Assembly (NCBI GenBank): GCA_044369995.1
Contig: JBILWG010000001.1
Span: 1-54,063, forward strand
Length of the DNA: 54,063 bases
Direction of reading: 5' to 3'
Source of the DNA: Gaiellales bacterium
Lineage (GTDB): Bacteria > Actinomycetota > Thermoleophilia > Gaiellales > F1-60-MAGs149
Shown: positions 1 through 13,462 of the stretch, in pieces
Numbering within the stretch: position 1 is the stretch's first letter
How the letters are laid out: each line of letters starts with the position of its first letter
The notes under the pieces: generated by a model
The model's input: only the letters and a program-made list of their open reading frames with translations
Databases searched by the model: none
Told to the model about the DNA's origin: nothing
Program-made: the position numbers and the translations under genes

Positions 1-3
1 TCC

Positions 4-1161
4 GTGGTGCCCGACGCCTTCTCCCGGCTCGTCCTCGCGCCGTCGGCGGTCTACGCGCTGCTGCTCGCCGGCATCGTCGCGTTCGCGCTGACGCCGGTGA
101 TGATGCGCGTGGCGTGGCGCCTCGGCGTGGTGGACAAGCCCGGTGGGCGTCGCATCCACGACCGACCGATTCCGCTGCTCGGCGGCGTGGCGATCTTCCT
201 CGGCATCCTCGCGGCCGTCCTGCCCAACGTCGACGTCGATCGCCGCTACGCGTTCATCCTGCTCGGCGCGGCCCTGATCTGCCTGCTCGGCGTGATCGAC
301 GACCGCTTCGGCGTCCCGCCGCTGCCCAAGCTGATCGGGCAGATCGCGTGCGCCGCGATACCGGTGGCGCACGGCATGACGATCGACGCGGTCACGATCC
401 CGTTCATCGAGCCGAGCACCGTCTCCTTCGGCGTGCTGGCCTACCCGCTGACGATCATCTTCATCGTCGCCGTCGCCAACGTCGTCAACCTCGCCGACGG
501 CATGGACGGACTCGCCGCCGGCGTCTGCGCGATCAGCGCGATCACCTTCGCCGTCCTCGCGCTCTCGCTCGGGCGCATCTCCGCCGGGGTGATGGCCGCC
601 GCGATCGCCGGCGCCTGCCTCGGCTTCCTGCCATGGAACTTCAACCCGGCCAAGGTCTTCATGGGCGACTCGGGTGCGCTTGTGCTGGGCTTCCTGCTGG
701 CGTGCGTCTCGATCCAGGGGGTGATGAAGACCGCCGCCGCGCTGGCCCTCGTCTTCCCGCTCGTCGTGCTGCTCGTGCCGATCCTCGACACGTCGTTCGT
801 GATCCTCAAGCGCCTCAAGTCCGGCCAATCGATCGCCAGTGCCGATCGGAACCACTTCCACCATCGCCTGCTGCGCGTCGGCTTCACGCAACGGCAGGCG
901 GTGGGGCTGCTCTACGCGTGGTCGGGCGTGCTCGCCGCCTTCGCCCTCGCCATTCGCCTCTTCCCGTACCGCACCGACGGCACCTGGAACCTCTGGCCGA
1001 CGATCGGGCTGACGCTCTTCGGCCTGCTCGCCCTGGCCGTCACGTACTACGTCGTCGTGGCGCTCGAGCTCCTCAAGTACGGCCACCTGCGTCGGTTCGG
1101 GCTGCTCCGCAAGGCAGCCGCGGCCGACGAAGCGCCGTTGCCGCGCCCCTTCGCGCGCTGA
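4..1161 (+). CDS. wecA: MraY/WecA-family (glycosyltransferase family 4) undecaprenyl-phosphate GlcNAc-1-phosphate transferase
   Basis: 385-aa polytopic membrane ORF with NVVNLADGMDGLAAG and VFMGDSGALVLGF motifs typical of polyprenyl-phosphate sugar-1-P transferases. It lies directly upstream of the atp operon, as rfe/wecA does in mycobacteria. The GTG start is 3 nt from the window edge, so the true start could lie upstream. Confidence 0.85.
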   Translation: MVPDAFSRLVLAPSAVYALLLAGIVAFALTPVMMRVAWRLGVVDKPGGRRIHDRPIPLLGGVAIFLGILAAVLPNVDVDRRYAFILLGAALICLLGVIDDRFGVPPLPKLIGQIACAAIPVAHGMTIDAVTIPFIEPSTVSFGVLAYPLTIIFIVAVANVVNLADGMDGLAAGVCAISAITFAVLALSLGRISAGVMAAAIAGACLGFLPWNFNPAKVFMGDSGALVLGFLLACVSIQGVMKTAAALALVFPLVVLLVPILDTSFVILKRLKSGQSIASADRNHFHHRLLRVGFTQRQAVGLLYAWSGVLAAFALAIRLFPYRTDGTWNLWPTIGLTLFGLLALAVTYYVVVALELLKYGHLRRFGLLRKAAAADEAPLPRPFAR

Positions 1162-1296
1162 CGGCAATCCTGTCGCGCGGGGGTGCTGCTAGGTTTTCGT
1201 GCGGTCGGGCAACCGGCTGCGAACAGGACACCGGAGCTCAGCATCACCGGAACGGGAACCAATAGAGGGGCAGACGCCTCGGGGCTCGGAGCCGGT

Positions 1297-1452
1297 ATGG
1301 TGGTGATTGCCGGGATTCTGCTCGGCGCGGGGATCGGCGTCGCCGTCGGCCTCCTGATCGACCGTCTCGCGCCCGCCATTATGGTTGGCTCGAGCATCGG
1401 ACTCGTCCTCGGGTTCTATCTCCTCTACATCAAGTACTTCAAACCACGCTGA
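1297..1452 (+). CDS. AtpZ-like small membrane protein of the ATP synthase operon
   Basis: ATG at 1297 preceded by GGAG. It encodes a 51-aa two-helix hydrophobic peptide (GLLIDRL...LGFYLLYIKYF) resembling AtpZ/ATPase_gene1 proteins. The stop overlaps the next start. The longer ORF-track version starting at 1183 has a non-protein-like N-terminus. Confidence 0.5.
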   Translation: MVVIAGILLGAGIGVAVGLLIDRLAPAIMVGSSIGLVLGFYLLYIKYFKPR

Positions 1453-1864
1453 TGACCGCCACCTCCCGCCACGCGCTCGCCGTCTCGCTGCGCTTCATCG
1501 CCGTGATCCCGTGCGTGATCGCGCTGCCGATCTTCCTGATCGCCGGCTGGGGCTACGACGCGTGGGCGCTGAGCGCCGGCCTGCTCGCGCTGAACATCGC
1601 CATCGCCCTCGCCTTCGAGCGCATCGGCAAGGGGCGCTCGCAGGTGACGATCGTCGGCATGATCGGCATCAGCCTGATCGTGCGCGCCTGGCTGATCTTC
1701 GCGACGCTCTTCGTGATCGCCTGGTCGGGCGAGCGCGAGCTGGCGATCGCCGCCGCCGGGGCCTTCTTGGTCTACTTTACCTTCGATATGGCGGGACGCT
1801 CGTTCAGCCACGTCCTGTCCCGCGACGAGAACCCGGTCACGCTGCCGGCCTCTGGAGGAACCGC

Positions 1865-1868
<4 letters not shown>
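1452..1868 (+). CDS. atpI: ATP synthase protein I-like membrane protein
   Basis: 138-aa hydrophobic ORF immediately before atpB. It has an ATGA-type overlap with the preceding ORF, and its TGA overlaps the atpB TTG. The call rests on position and topology, not on strong motifs. Confidence 0.55.
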
Positions 1869-3026
<1,158 letters not shown>

Positions 3027-3032
3027 CGAGCG

Positions 3033-3578
3033 ATGCTGCCCGCCGTAGTCGCCAGCGAAGCCAGTCTGATCACGCCCGAGCTCGGGCTGAGTGTCTGGAC
3101 GCTCGTCACCTTCCTGATCGTGCTCTTCGTGCTGAAGAAGTTCGCGTTCGGGAAGATCGCCGCGCTGCTCGACGAGCGGCGGGACGCCGTCCGCAAGAAC
3201 CTCGAATCGGCGGAGCACGCCCGCGAGGAGGCCGAGCGCCTGCTCGTGGAGTACAAGGCCCAGCTGGCGGCCAGCCGCCAAGAGGCCTCGGAGATCCTCG
3301 AGCGCGCCCGCACGACGGCCGCCGAGCAGCAGCGTCAGCTGACCGAGGAGCTCGCCATCGAGCGTGAGCGCGGCATCGCCGCCGCGCAGCAGGCGATCGC
3401 CGCGGAGACGCAGCAGTCGCTGGATCGCATCAAGACCGAGATCGCCGACCTGACGCTGCTCGCCACCGAGAAGGTGCTCGGGCATGCGCTCAACGAGGCA
3501 GAGCAGAAGCGGCTCGTCGAGGAGGCCCTCGCCGGCGTCGACTTCTCCGCGCTGCACGGGGGCTCGGAGCAGGCGTGA
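3033..3578 (+). CDS. atpF: F0F1 ATP synthase subunit b
   Basis: 181 aa with a single N-terminal transmembrane helix followed by a long charged Ala/Glu/Arg coiled-coil. Canonical position after atpE. Confidence 0.9.
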   Translation: MLPAVVASEASLITPELGLSVWTLVTFLIVLFVLKKFAFGKIAALLDERRDAVRKNLESAEHAREEAERLLVEYKAQLAASRQEASEILERARTTAAEQQRQLTEELAIERERGIAAAQQAIAAETQQSLDRIKTEIADLTLLATEKVLGHALNEAEQKRLVEEALAGVDFSALHGGSEQA

Positions 3579-4117
3579 GCACTGCCACCCCGTATGCCAC
3601 GGCGCTCTACAGCGCCGCAGCTGACGCCGGCCGGCTGAACGAGGTCGACGGCGAGCTGGCGGAGATCGCGGATGCCATTCGCGAGAACCCCGCGTTGGCC
3701 CGTGCTCTGACCAACCCGGCCGTTTCGGGTGAGGGCAAGAGCAAGCTGCTGGCAGCCCTCGCCAAGGGCGATGATCCGATCGTGGCGCGCTTCCTCCAAG
3801 TCGTGCTCGATCATCGTCGCCTCGGCGAGCTGACCGACATCCAGGAGGCGTTCGCCGATCGCGTGCGCCTCGACCGCAACGAGCTCGCCGTCGAGCTGAC
3901 GACTGCCGTCGCCATCGACGACGCCACCGCCGACAAGGTGCAGCAGCAGCTGGCCGCGGCGACTGGCCTGTCCGTGACCATGGATCGCACCGTCGATCCG
4001 ACCATCCTCGGCGGCGTGGTCCTGCGGGTCCGCGACCGCCTCGTCGACGCATCCCTGCGTCGTCGCCTCGACCTGCTCGGCCGCGATCTGCGTGCCGCCC
4101 GCATCCCGACCGCCTAG
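3575..4117 (+). CDS. atpH: F0F1 ATP synthase subunit delta
   Basis: 180-aa OSCP/delta-like sequence (ATPYATALYSAA..., ...ILGGVVLRVRDRLVDASL). GTGA overlap with atpF. Lies between atpF and atpA. Confidence 0.9.
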   Translation: MSTATPYATALYSAAADAGRLNEVDGELAEIADAIRENPALARALTNPAVSGEGKSKLLAALAKGDDPIVARFLQVVLDHRRLGELTDIQEAFADRVRLDRNELAVELTTAVAIDDATADKVQQQLAAATGLSVTMDRTVDPTILGGVVLRVRDRLVDASLRRRLDLLGRDLRAARIPTA

Positions 4118-4133
4118 ATAGACGGAGAGAACC

Positions 4134-5666
<1,533 letters not shown>

Positions 5667-5669
5667 ACC

Positions 5670-6551
5670 GTGGCGTCCCTCCAGGACATCCGTCGGCGGA
5701 TCCATTCCGTCAAGAACACCAGCAAGATCACCAAGGCGATGGAGCTCGTCGCCGGGGCGAAGCTGCGCCGCGCGCAGGTTCGCATCGAGGCGCTCCGCCC
5801 CTTCGCCGACGGCATGCACGAGCTGATCTCCGAGACGGCCAGCCGCACGGGATCGCTCGGCGGCCAGCCGCTGCTCGACCGCCGCGAGATCACGAAGACC
5901 GGCATCCTGCTGATGTCGGGCGACCGCGGCCTGGCCGGTGCCTTCAACGCCAGCGTGCTGCGGCGGGCGCTGGATGAGGCGGACGCGGAGCGGGCAGTGG
6001 GGCGCGAGATCGTCTGGTACGCCGCCGGTCGCAAGGGCGCGGGATCGCTGCGATTCCGCGGTGCCGAGCTGCACGAGGTCTGGACGGGCTTCACCGATCG
6101 CCCCATCTACCAGGATGCCGAGCAGATCGCCAACACGCTGATCGAGCAGTACGGCGAAGGCGTCTTCGACCGCCTGATCATCGTCTTCAACCACTTCGAC
6201 TCGCCGCTCGTGCAGACCGTGCACGCCGACGAGATCCTGCCGATCCCGCTGCCGGCCGTGGCCGCCGCGGGCGAGGGCAAGGCCGGGGTCACGGGCGAGC
6301 TGCTGTTCGAGCCCGAGGCCGAGACGATGCTCGGCCCCCTGCTGACGACCGCCCTCGAGACGGAGATCTTCCGCGCGCTGCTCGAGTCCACGGCCTCCGA
6401 GCACGGTGCCCGCATGACCGCCATGCGCAGCGCGTCGGACAACGCCAAGGACCTGATCGACCGGCTTACGCTCGACATGAACCGCGCCCGCCAGGCCGAG
6501 ATCACCCAGCAGCTGCTGGAGGTCGTCGCCGGCGCCGACGCGATCTCGTAG
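5670..6551 (+). CDS. atpG: F0F1 ATP synthase subunit gamma
   Basis: 293 aa. N-terminal IRRRIHSVKNTSKITKAMELVAGAKLRRAQ and C-terminal NRARQAEITQQLLEVVAGADA are the conserved gamma helices. Confidence 0.95.
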   Translation: MASLQDIRRRIHSVKNTSKITKAMELVAGAKLRRAQVRIEALRPFADGMHELISETASRTGSLGGQPLLDRREITKTGILLMSGDRGLAGAFNASVLRRALDEADAERAVGREIVWYAAGRKGAGSLRFRGAELHEVWTGFTDRPIYQDAEQIANTLIEQYGEGVFDRLIIVFNHFDSPLVQTVHADEILPIPLPAVAAAGEGKAGVTGELLFEPEAETMLGPLLTTALETEIFRALLESTASEHGARMTAMRSASDNAKDLIDRLTLDMNRARQAEITQQLLEVVAGADAIS

Positions 6552-6749
6552 TCGGACTCGATCTGCTCGGACGGCGGACGCCCGCGGCGGCGAGCGGTGA
6601 GGGAATGTCTTCGCCACGGCTCCGGCGCTGCGCAGCGGCTGCGCCGGCGGCCTCGTCGGATGGTCCGCCGCAGCCGCTCTCGGCGTGGGACTGAACGTGA
6701 TGTACTACCTCTCCCGAACCGGTGCACGTTCAGACGAGGCGCGTACTCC

Positions 6750-8549
6750 ATGATCTTGAACACGAACGATGGCTGCATGCACAGGTTCCGGCGTCTGCTG
6801 CGACTGGCGGGACTCGGGACGATCGCCGTGGCACTCGCCGCCTGCGGCTCGAGCGAGCCCTCGAGTTCGACCAGCTCCGCCGCCGCCGGTGGCGGCGCGG
6901 CGGTGACGATCGACGCGGGCGGCGACTACCTGGACGGTGGATTCCCACCCACGGAGACGCCGGTCAAGGGCGGTGTGCTGAAGGCCGCCATGGTCGAGGA
7001 CATCGATTGCTGGAGCGGGCTCTCGTACTACGGCCTCTCGTGGTCCGTCTTCTCCTTCATGGCTCGCGGGCTGTACGGCTATCCGAACACGGTCACCTCA
7101 CCCGCCACCGATGCGCTGGTGCCCGAACTCGCCGCTGACATGCCGCGTGTGTCCGCGGATGGCCTGTCCTACTCGGTCACGCTGCGTGAGGGGCTGGTCT
7201 TCCCCGACGGCTCTCCCGTCACCGCGAAGGACGTCAAGGCGACGTTCGAGCACATCCTCGACCCGACGATCCAGTGTTCGACAGGCGGGCCACCGGCTTC
7301 GGGGTACTACGACGGCATCGTCGGCGCGACCGAGTACATCGATGAGTTGCAGCGGTCAGATGGCACGAGCGCGATCGGCATTCGCGGCATCAAGGTCGTG
7401 GACGACGTGACGACGTCGTTCACGTTGACGGAAGCCGATGCCTCGTTTCCCCGTGCCCTCGCCATGGGATGGGCCTTCATCATCCCCGCCGGGACGCCGC
7501 GTGAGCAGGTCAAGACGCCGCCGCCCTTTGTCGGGCCGTACATGATCTCCGAGTACCAGGCTGGCGCCTCGCTCACGATCGAGCGCCAGCCGAGGTGGCG
7601 CGAGAACGTCGCGGCCGGCGTTCCCCAGGCCGCGAACGAGAACAACATCGACGGCATCGCCGTGCGGATCGGCGTTCCCGCCGACACCCAGTTCCTGCAG
7701 CTCAAGGCCAACGAACTCGACCTGACGCTCGACGGCTCAGCGCCGAGGGGGTCGCAGATCCGCGCGGTCGCAGGCAACCCGCAGTTCCGCGACCGCTTCT
7801 TCTCCACGCCGGACGCGGCGATCGACTACGCCGTGTTCCGGGCGAACACAGCGCCGTTCGACGACGTCAGGCTGCGCCAAGCCGTCAACTTCGCCATCGA
7901 TCGCGAGGCTCTCGTCAGGACTCTCGGCGGCAAGCTCGGCCGGTCGCCGTGGAGCCAGATGCTGCCGCGGAATCTCCTGGCGGATCAGCCCACCGACGTC
8001 TACACGTTGAACGTCAGTCGGGCGAGGCGGCTGGTCGCGGCAGCGGGGGCCGAGACCCCGATCGCGATCACGCTGGTGGGCTCGTCCGAGTGGCCAGGGC
8101 CCCAGCAGGCGACCGCCATCAAGACGGCCCTCGAGGCAGTGGGGTTCGCGGTGACGGTCCGCCTGCTGTCCGCCGCGTCCCTGTACGGCTACTTGGCAGA
8201 TCCCGACAGCGACTACCACGTGGGGATTGCCGGCTGGAGCGAGGACTACGCCGACGCGATGACGTACTTCGGGCCGCTGGTGCAGTGCGGTCAGGGCGCG
8301 AACTACGGGCAGTTCTGCGACAGCGAGGTCGACGCCAGGATCGCGGCGATCAACCAGCTGCCCCCCGGCGATGATCGCACCGCGCAGTTCGCGCAGCTGT
8401 CGACGGACACCGCGCGGGCGGCGGCGCCCTGGGCGGTGCTGGATCTGCGTCGCCGGGTCTCGTTCGTGTCGCGTCGACTCGGCAACTACGTGTGGGGACC
8501 GGGAAAGCAGTTCTACTTCGCCTCCTACTTCCTCCGGGACGGCCGGTAG
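6750..8549 (+). CDS. ABC transporter substrate-binding lipoprotein, family 5 (peptide/nickel Dpp/Opp-type)
   Basis: Signal peptide with lipobox (RRLLRLAGLGTIAVALAAC|GSS). The size (~600 aa) and overall sequence character fit extracellular solute-binding family 5. The start is ATG 6750 (GACGAGG upstream) or ATG 6777. The ORF-track start at 6597 adds Arg-rich junk. Confidence 0.8.
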   Translation: MILNTNDGCMHRFRRLLRLAGLGTIAVALAACGSSEPSSSTSSAAAGGGAAVTIDAGGDYLDGGFPPTETPVKGGVLKAAMVEDIDCWSGLSYYGLSWSVFSFMARGLYGYPNTVTSPATDALVPELAADMPRVSADGLSYSVTLREGLVFPDGSPVTAKDVKATFEHILDPTIQCSTGGPPASGYYDGIVGATEYIDELQRSDGTSAIGIRGIKVVDDVTTSFTLTEADASFPRALAMGWAFIIPAGTPREQVKTPPPFVGPYMISEYQAGASLTIERQPRWRENVAAGVPQAANENNIDGIAVRIGVPADTQFLQLKANELDLTLDGSAPRGSQIRAVAGNPQFRDRFFSTPDAAIDYAVFRANTAPFDDVRLRQAVNFAIDREALVRTLGGKLGRSPWSQMLPRNLLADQPTDVYTLNVSRARRLVAAAGAETPIAITLVGSSEWPGPQQATAIKTALEAVGFAVTVRLLSAASLYGYLADPDSDYHVGIAGWSEDYADAMTYFGPLVQCGQGANYGQFCDSEVDARIAAINQLPPGDDRTAQFAQLSTDTARAAAPWAVLDLRRRVSFVSRRLGNYVWGPGKQFYFASYFLRDGR

Positions 8550-8678
8550 TCCGTGCGGTGATGGGCCCGCGCTGCGGCCCGCTCGTGCTGGCACGCCGTT
8601 GCGCGTCCGGGCGCTCGTGGCGGGCGTCAGATCCTCCCGGCGTCGGTTCCGCCCCCGTTCCGCTGCCACGTTCGCTAA

Positions 8679-10166
<1,488 letters not shown>

Positions 10167-10169
10167 CCC

Positions 10170-10580
10170 ATGGCCACGCTGCACTGCGAGATCATCACGC
10201 CTGAGGGCTATGCGTTCGCCGGTGAGGCGGAGATGGTTGTCGTGCCCGGATCTGAGGGTGGGCTCGGCGTCCTGCCGCGGCACCAGCCGATCGTCTCGCG
10301 TCTCGACGTCGGGGAGATCCGCGTGCGCGTCAGCCCCACGGAGTGGAAGTCCTTCGCGACATCGGACGGCTACTTCTCGATGCAGGGCGAGAAGGCGATC
10401 GCCTTGGTCGAGGGGGCGATGCCGACCGATGCGATCGACGTTCCGGCCGCTGAGGCCAAGGCAGCCGATGCACGCGAGCGGATCAAGGCCTCCGAGGAGG
10501 GCGACGAGGCGATCAACCGCTTCCGCGCCGAGCGCGACCTCGAGTACGCCGAGAATCTGCTGCGCATCGCCGGCCGTTAG
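10170..10580 (+). CDS. atpC: F0F1 ATP synthase subunit epsilon
   Basis: 136 aa starting 3 nt after atpD. N-terminal beta-sandwich pattern (LHCEIITPEG...) and a C-terminal helical hairpin. Confidence 0.92.
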   Translation: MATLHCEIITPEGYAFAGEAEMVVVPGSEGGLGVLPRHQPIVSRLDVGEIRVRVSPTEWKSFATSDGYFSMQGEKAIALVEGAMPTDAIDVPAAEAKAADARERIKASEEGDEAINRFRAERDLEYAENLLRIAGR

Positions 10581-10625
10581 GCACAACAGCCGATTTCCGT
10601 TCCGGTGCGAATGGAAAATCGGAGG

Positions 10626-10631
10626 TATACT
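10626..10631 (+). promoter_or_regulatory. Candidate -10 box (TATACT) placed for a leaderless transcript starting at ATG 10638
   Basis: TATACT ends 6 nt before the A of ATG 10638. The same 11-mer GGTATACTCAG recurs at 39816-39826. Alternatively, the GGAGG at 10621-10625 is a distant Shine-Dalgarno. Confidence 0.3.
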
Positions 10632-10637
10632 CAGGTC

Positions 10638-12194
10638 ATGACGACTCGTCGCTCGCTCGCACTGCTCACCGCTCTCGCTGCCGCCATCGGCATCGCGACG
10701 ATCGCCGCCTTCGGGCATGGCGATGCCAACGCCGGTGCCGAGGCGCGCGCCAAGGGCGCCGCCGCTGTGCCCGCGACCGCGCTGGCCTACGCGAGCATCA
10801 ATCTCGACCGCGACGGATCGCAGTTCCAGGCGCTCGAGGCGCTCGCCGCCAAGGTGGAGGGCGGCCAGGCTGCCATCGACCGACTCAACGGCATGCTCGA
10901 CGGGACGGATCAGCAGGCGCAGGTGGTGCGTGCGCTCGGCGGTGACGTCAGCGTGGGTCTGGTCGGCATCTCGCTTGCCAACGGCCTGCAGCCCAGCGTC
11001 GAGGCCGTCATGGTGGCCACCGCCGCCGACGGCGCGGCGCTGCCCGCGCTGCTGGCCACGGCGGGCTTCCGCGAGGGTCCGGCGCTCGACGGTCGGCCCG
11101 TCTGGGAGAAGGATGCCTTCGCGATGACGATCGACGGCTCGAATGCGATTGCCGCCACGTCGCGCGCCACGCTGGTCGACGCGCTGGCCGCGCAGGCCGG
11201 CAGCGCGCCCGCGCTGGCCGACGACGCGGCCTTCAAGGCCACGATCGCGAAGCTGCCGGGGGATGCCGTCGCCATCGCCTACATCGCCCCGGCTCGCCTC
11301 GCCAGCCTCGTGCAGCTCGCCGGATCGCTGCTGCCGCAGGACGCCCTGCCGCAGGGTGCTCCCGACACGACGCAGTCGCTCCAGCAGCTCGGTGCGGCGC
11401 TCGAGGACGTGCGGGGTCTCGGCATCGCCATCACCGCTGAGCAGGGTGGACTGCGCATCGTCGCCGCTGGCGACGCCGATCAGGCTGCGCTCGAGCAGCT
11501 CGGCGCGCAGTTCCCGACCGCGTACGCGCCGACGATCCTCTCGCAGGTTCCGGCCGACGCACTGGGCTTCGCCGCGTTCCGCGACCTCGGTCCGATGCTG
11601 CAGCAGGCGATCGCGTCCGCGCAGCAGCAGAGCCCTGCCGTCAAGGACGCGCTGACGTCCCTCGAGCAGAGCACGGGCATCAAGACCGGCGAGCTCCTCG
11701 CCGCGCTCGACGGCGAGCACGCCGTCGTCGCCGTGGGCGGCACAACCCCGGCGGGTGCGCTGCTGACGCAGCCGCAGGATCCCGCAGCGGCCGGAGCCAC
11801 GCTCGCCCGGGCCCTCACGTCGGCACAGTCGATCGCGGAGGACATGCCGCTGGCTGACACGGCCAAGGACATGGCCGAGAAGCGTGCGAAGCAGCCGCTG
11901 CCGCAGCTCGCCGTGACCCGCCAGGGTGACAGCGCGACGCTCGCCATCGGCACCGATGCGCGGCTGGCGGCCACGCCGAGCGCCTCGATTGCGGATTCCG
12001 ATGCCTATCGCGCCATCGTCGATCGCGCGGGCGTTCCGGCCGACGTGACCGGACTCGCGTACCTCAACGGTGCCGCGCTGCGCGCGCAGGCCGTGACGAT
12101 GGGTGCGACCGTCCCTGCTGGCGCCAAGGCCATCAACGGCGTGGTGGCGTGGGGCACGGCGGACGGCGCCACGCTGTTCATCTCGATCGGGTAG
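10638..12194 (+). CDS. Secreted or membrane-anchored Ala-rich protein of unknown function
   Basis: 518 aa with high GC3. N-terminal signal or anchor (MTTRRSLALLTALAAAIGIATIAAFG). No catalytic motif recognised. My impression of DUF3352-like architecture is from memory only and needs an HMM search. Confidence 0.6.
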   Translation: MTTRRSLALLTALAAAIGIATIAAFGHGDANAGAEARAKGAAAVPATALAYASINLDRDGSQFQALEALAAKVEGGQAAIDRLNGMLDGTDQQAQVVRALGGDVSVGLVGISLANGLQPSVEAVMVATAADGAALPALLATAGFREGPALDGRPVWEKDAFAMTIDGSNAIAATSRATLVDALAAQAGSAPALADDAAFKATIAKLPGDAVAIAYIAPARLASLVQLAGSLLPQDALPQGAPDTTQSLQQLGAALEDVRGLGIAITAEQGGLRIVAAGDADQAALEQLGAQFPTAYAPTILSQVPADALGFAAFRDLGPMLQQAIASAQQQSPAVKDALTSLEQSTGIKTGELLAALDGEHAVVAVGGTTPAGALLTQPQDPAAAGATLARALTSAQSIAEDMPLADTAKDMAEKRAKQPLPQLAVTRQGDSATLAIGTDARLAATPSASIADSDAYRAIVDRAGVPADVTGLAYLNGAALRAQAVTMGATVPAGAKAINGVVAWGTADGATLFISIG

Positions 12195-12283
12195 CGCGTC
12201 TGCGGCACTCCGCGGGTTCGCGCTGTACCATGCGCGTGATAATCCGCTGCATCTTCACTATGCGGCCGTGATAGGAGCGCAGC

Positions 12284-13462
12284 GTGGCGCAGGAACACTC
12301 GATTCTCTTCACCTCGGAATCCGTCACCGAGGGACATCCCGACAAGATCGCCGACCAGATCTCCGACACGGTGCTCGACGCCGTGCTCGAGCAGGATCCG
12401 GCCGCCCGCGTCGCCTGCGAGACGCTCGTCACCACCGGTCTCGTGCTGGTCGCGGGTGAGATCACCACGTCGGCTCGCATCGACATTCCCGAACTGGCGC
12501 GCGGCACCGTGCGCGACATCGGGTACGACGACGCGCTCAAGGGCTTCGACTGCAACACCTGCAACGTGATGGTCGCGCTCGACCGTCAGTCCCCCGACAT
12601 CGCCCAGGGTGTCGATGGGCAGGACGCCGACGAGGTCGGCGCGGGCGATCAGGGCATGATGTTCGGCTACGCCTGCACGGAGACCCCCGAGCTGATGCCG
12701 CTGCCGATCCAGCTCTCGCATCGCCTCTCGCATCGCCTCTCCGAGGTACGCAAGGACGGCACGCTGCCGTACCTGCGCCCCGACGGCAAGACGCAGGTGA
12801 CGATCGAGTACGCCGAGGAGGGGGGACACCTGCGCCCGATCGGCATCGACCGCGTGCTGATCTCCACGCAGCACGCCGAGGAGATCAGCCAGGACCAGAT
12901 CAAAGCCGATCTCGCCGAGCACGTCGTCAAGGGCCTGCTGCCCGCCGAGCTCGCCGGCGACGTCGATCTCGCCAGCGACTTCCTGCTCGTCAATCCGACC
13001 GGCCGCTTCGTGATCGGCGGTCCGATGGGCGATTGTGGCCTGACGGGCCGCAAGATCATCGTCGACACGTACGGTGGCATGGGCCGCCACGGCGGCGGTG
13101 CGTTCTCCGGCAAGGACCCCTCGAAGGTCGACCGCTCCGGCGCCTACGCCGCACGCTGGGTGGCCAAGAACATCGTCGCCGCGGGACTTGCCGAGCGCTG
13201 CGAGGTGCAGGTGGCCTACGCGATCGGCGTCGCACACCCCGTCTCCGTGATGGTCGAGACCTTCGGCACGGCCACCAAGGACGAGAATGCGATCGCCAAG
13301 GCAGTCCGCGACGTCTTCGATCTGCGTCCCGCCGCGATCCTCGAGCAGCTCGACCTGCGCCGCCCGGTCTATCGTCCGACTGCAGCCTATGGCCACTTCG
13401 GACGGGATCAATTCAGCTGGGAGCGCACCGACAAGGTCGACGAGCTCCTCGCTGCGCTCTAA
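12284..13462 (+). CDS. metK: S-adenosylmethionine synthase
   Basis: 392 aa with [32 protein letters not shown] and [16 protein letters not shown] signature blocks. AGGAG lies 8 nt upstream of the GTG. Confidence 0.97.
   Translation: MAQEHSILFTSESVTEGHPDKIADQISDTVLDAVLEQDPAARVACETLVTTGLVLVAGEITTSARIDIPELARGTVRDIGYDDALKGFDCNTCNVMVALDRQSPDIAQGVDGQDADEVGAGDQGMMFGYACTETPELMPLPIQLSHRLSHRLSEVRKDGTLPYLRPDGKTQVTIEYAEEGGHLRPIGIDRVLISTQHAEEISQDQIKADLAEHVVKGLLPAELAGDVDLASDFLLVNPTGRFVIGGPMGDCGLTGRKIIVDTYGGMGRHGGGAFSGKDPSKVDRSGAYAARWVAKNIVAAGLAERCEVQVAYAIGVAHPVSVMVETFGTATKDENAIAKAVRDVFDLRPAAILEQLDLRRPVYRPTAAYGHFGRDQFSWERTDKVDELLAAL

Noticed and set aside
1385-1864. A 160-codon N-terminal extension of atpB in the 1385-2740 ORF.
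   Set aside because: The extension is Arg/Asp-rich, overlaps the better-supported atpZ/atpI ORFs in another frame, and precedes the obvious signal-like start of subunit a at TTG 1865.
12195-12283. Possible SAM riboswitch upstream of metK.
   Set aside because: The spacer is only 89 nt. With the GATAAT box at 12238-12243, the leader would be about 35 nt, which is too short for SAM-I, SAM-IV or SAM-II folds. I could not find their conserved cores. The short repeat ATGCG(C/G)..GTGATA is the only feature.
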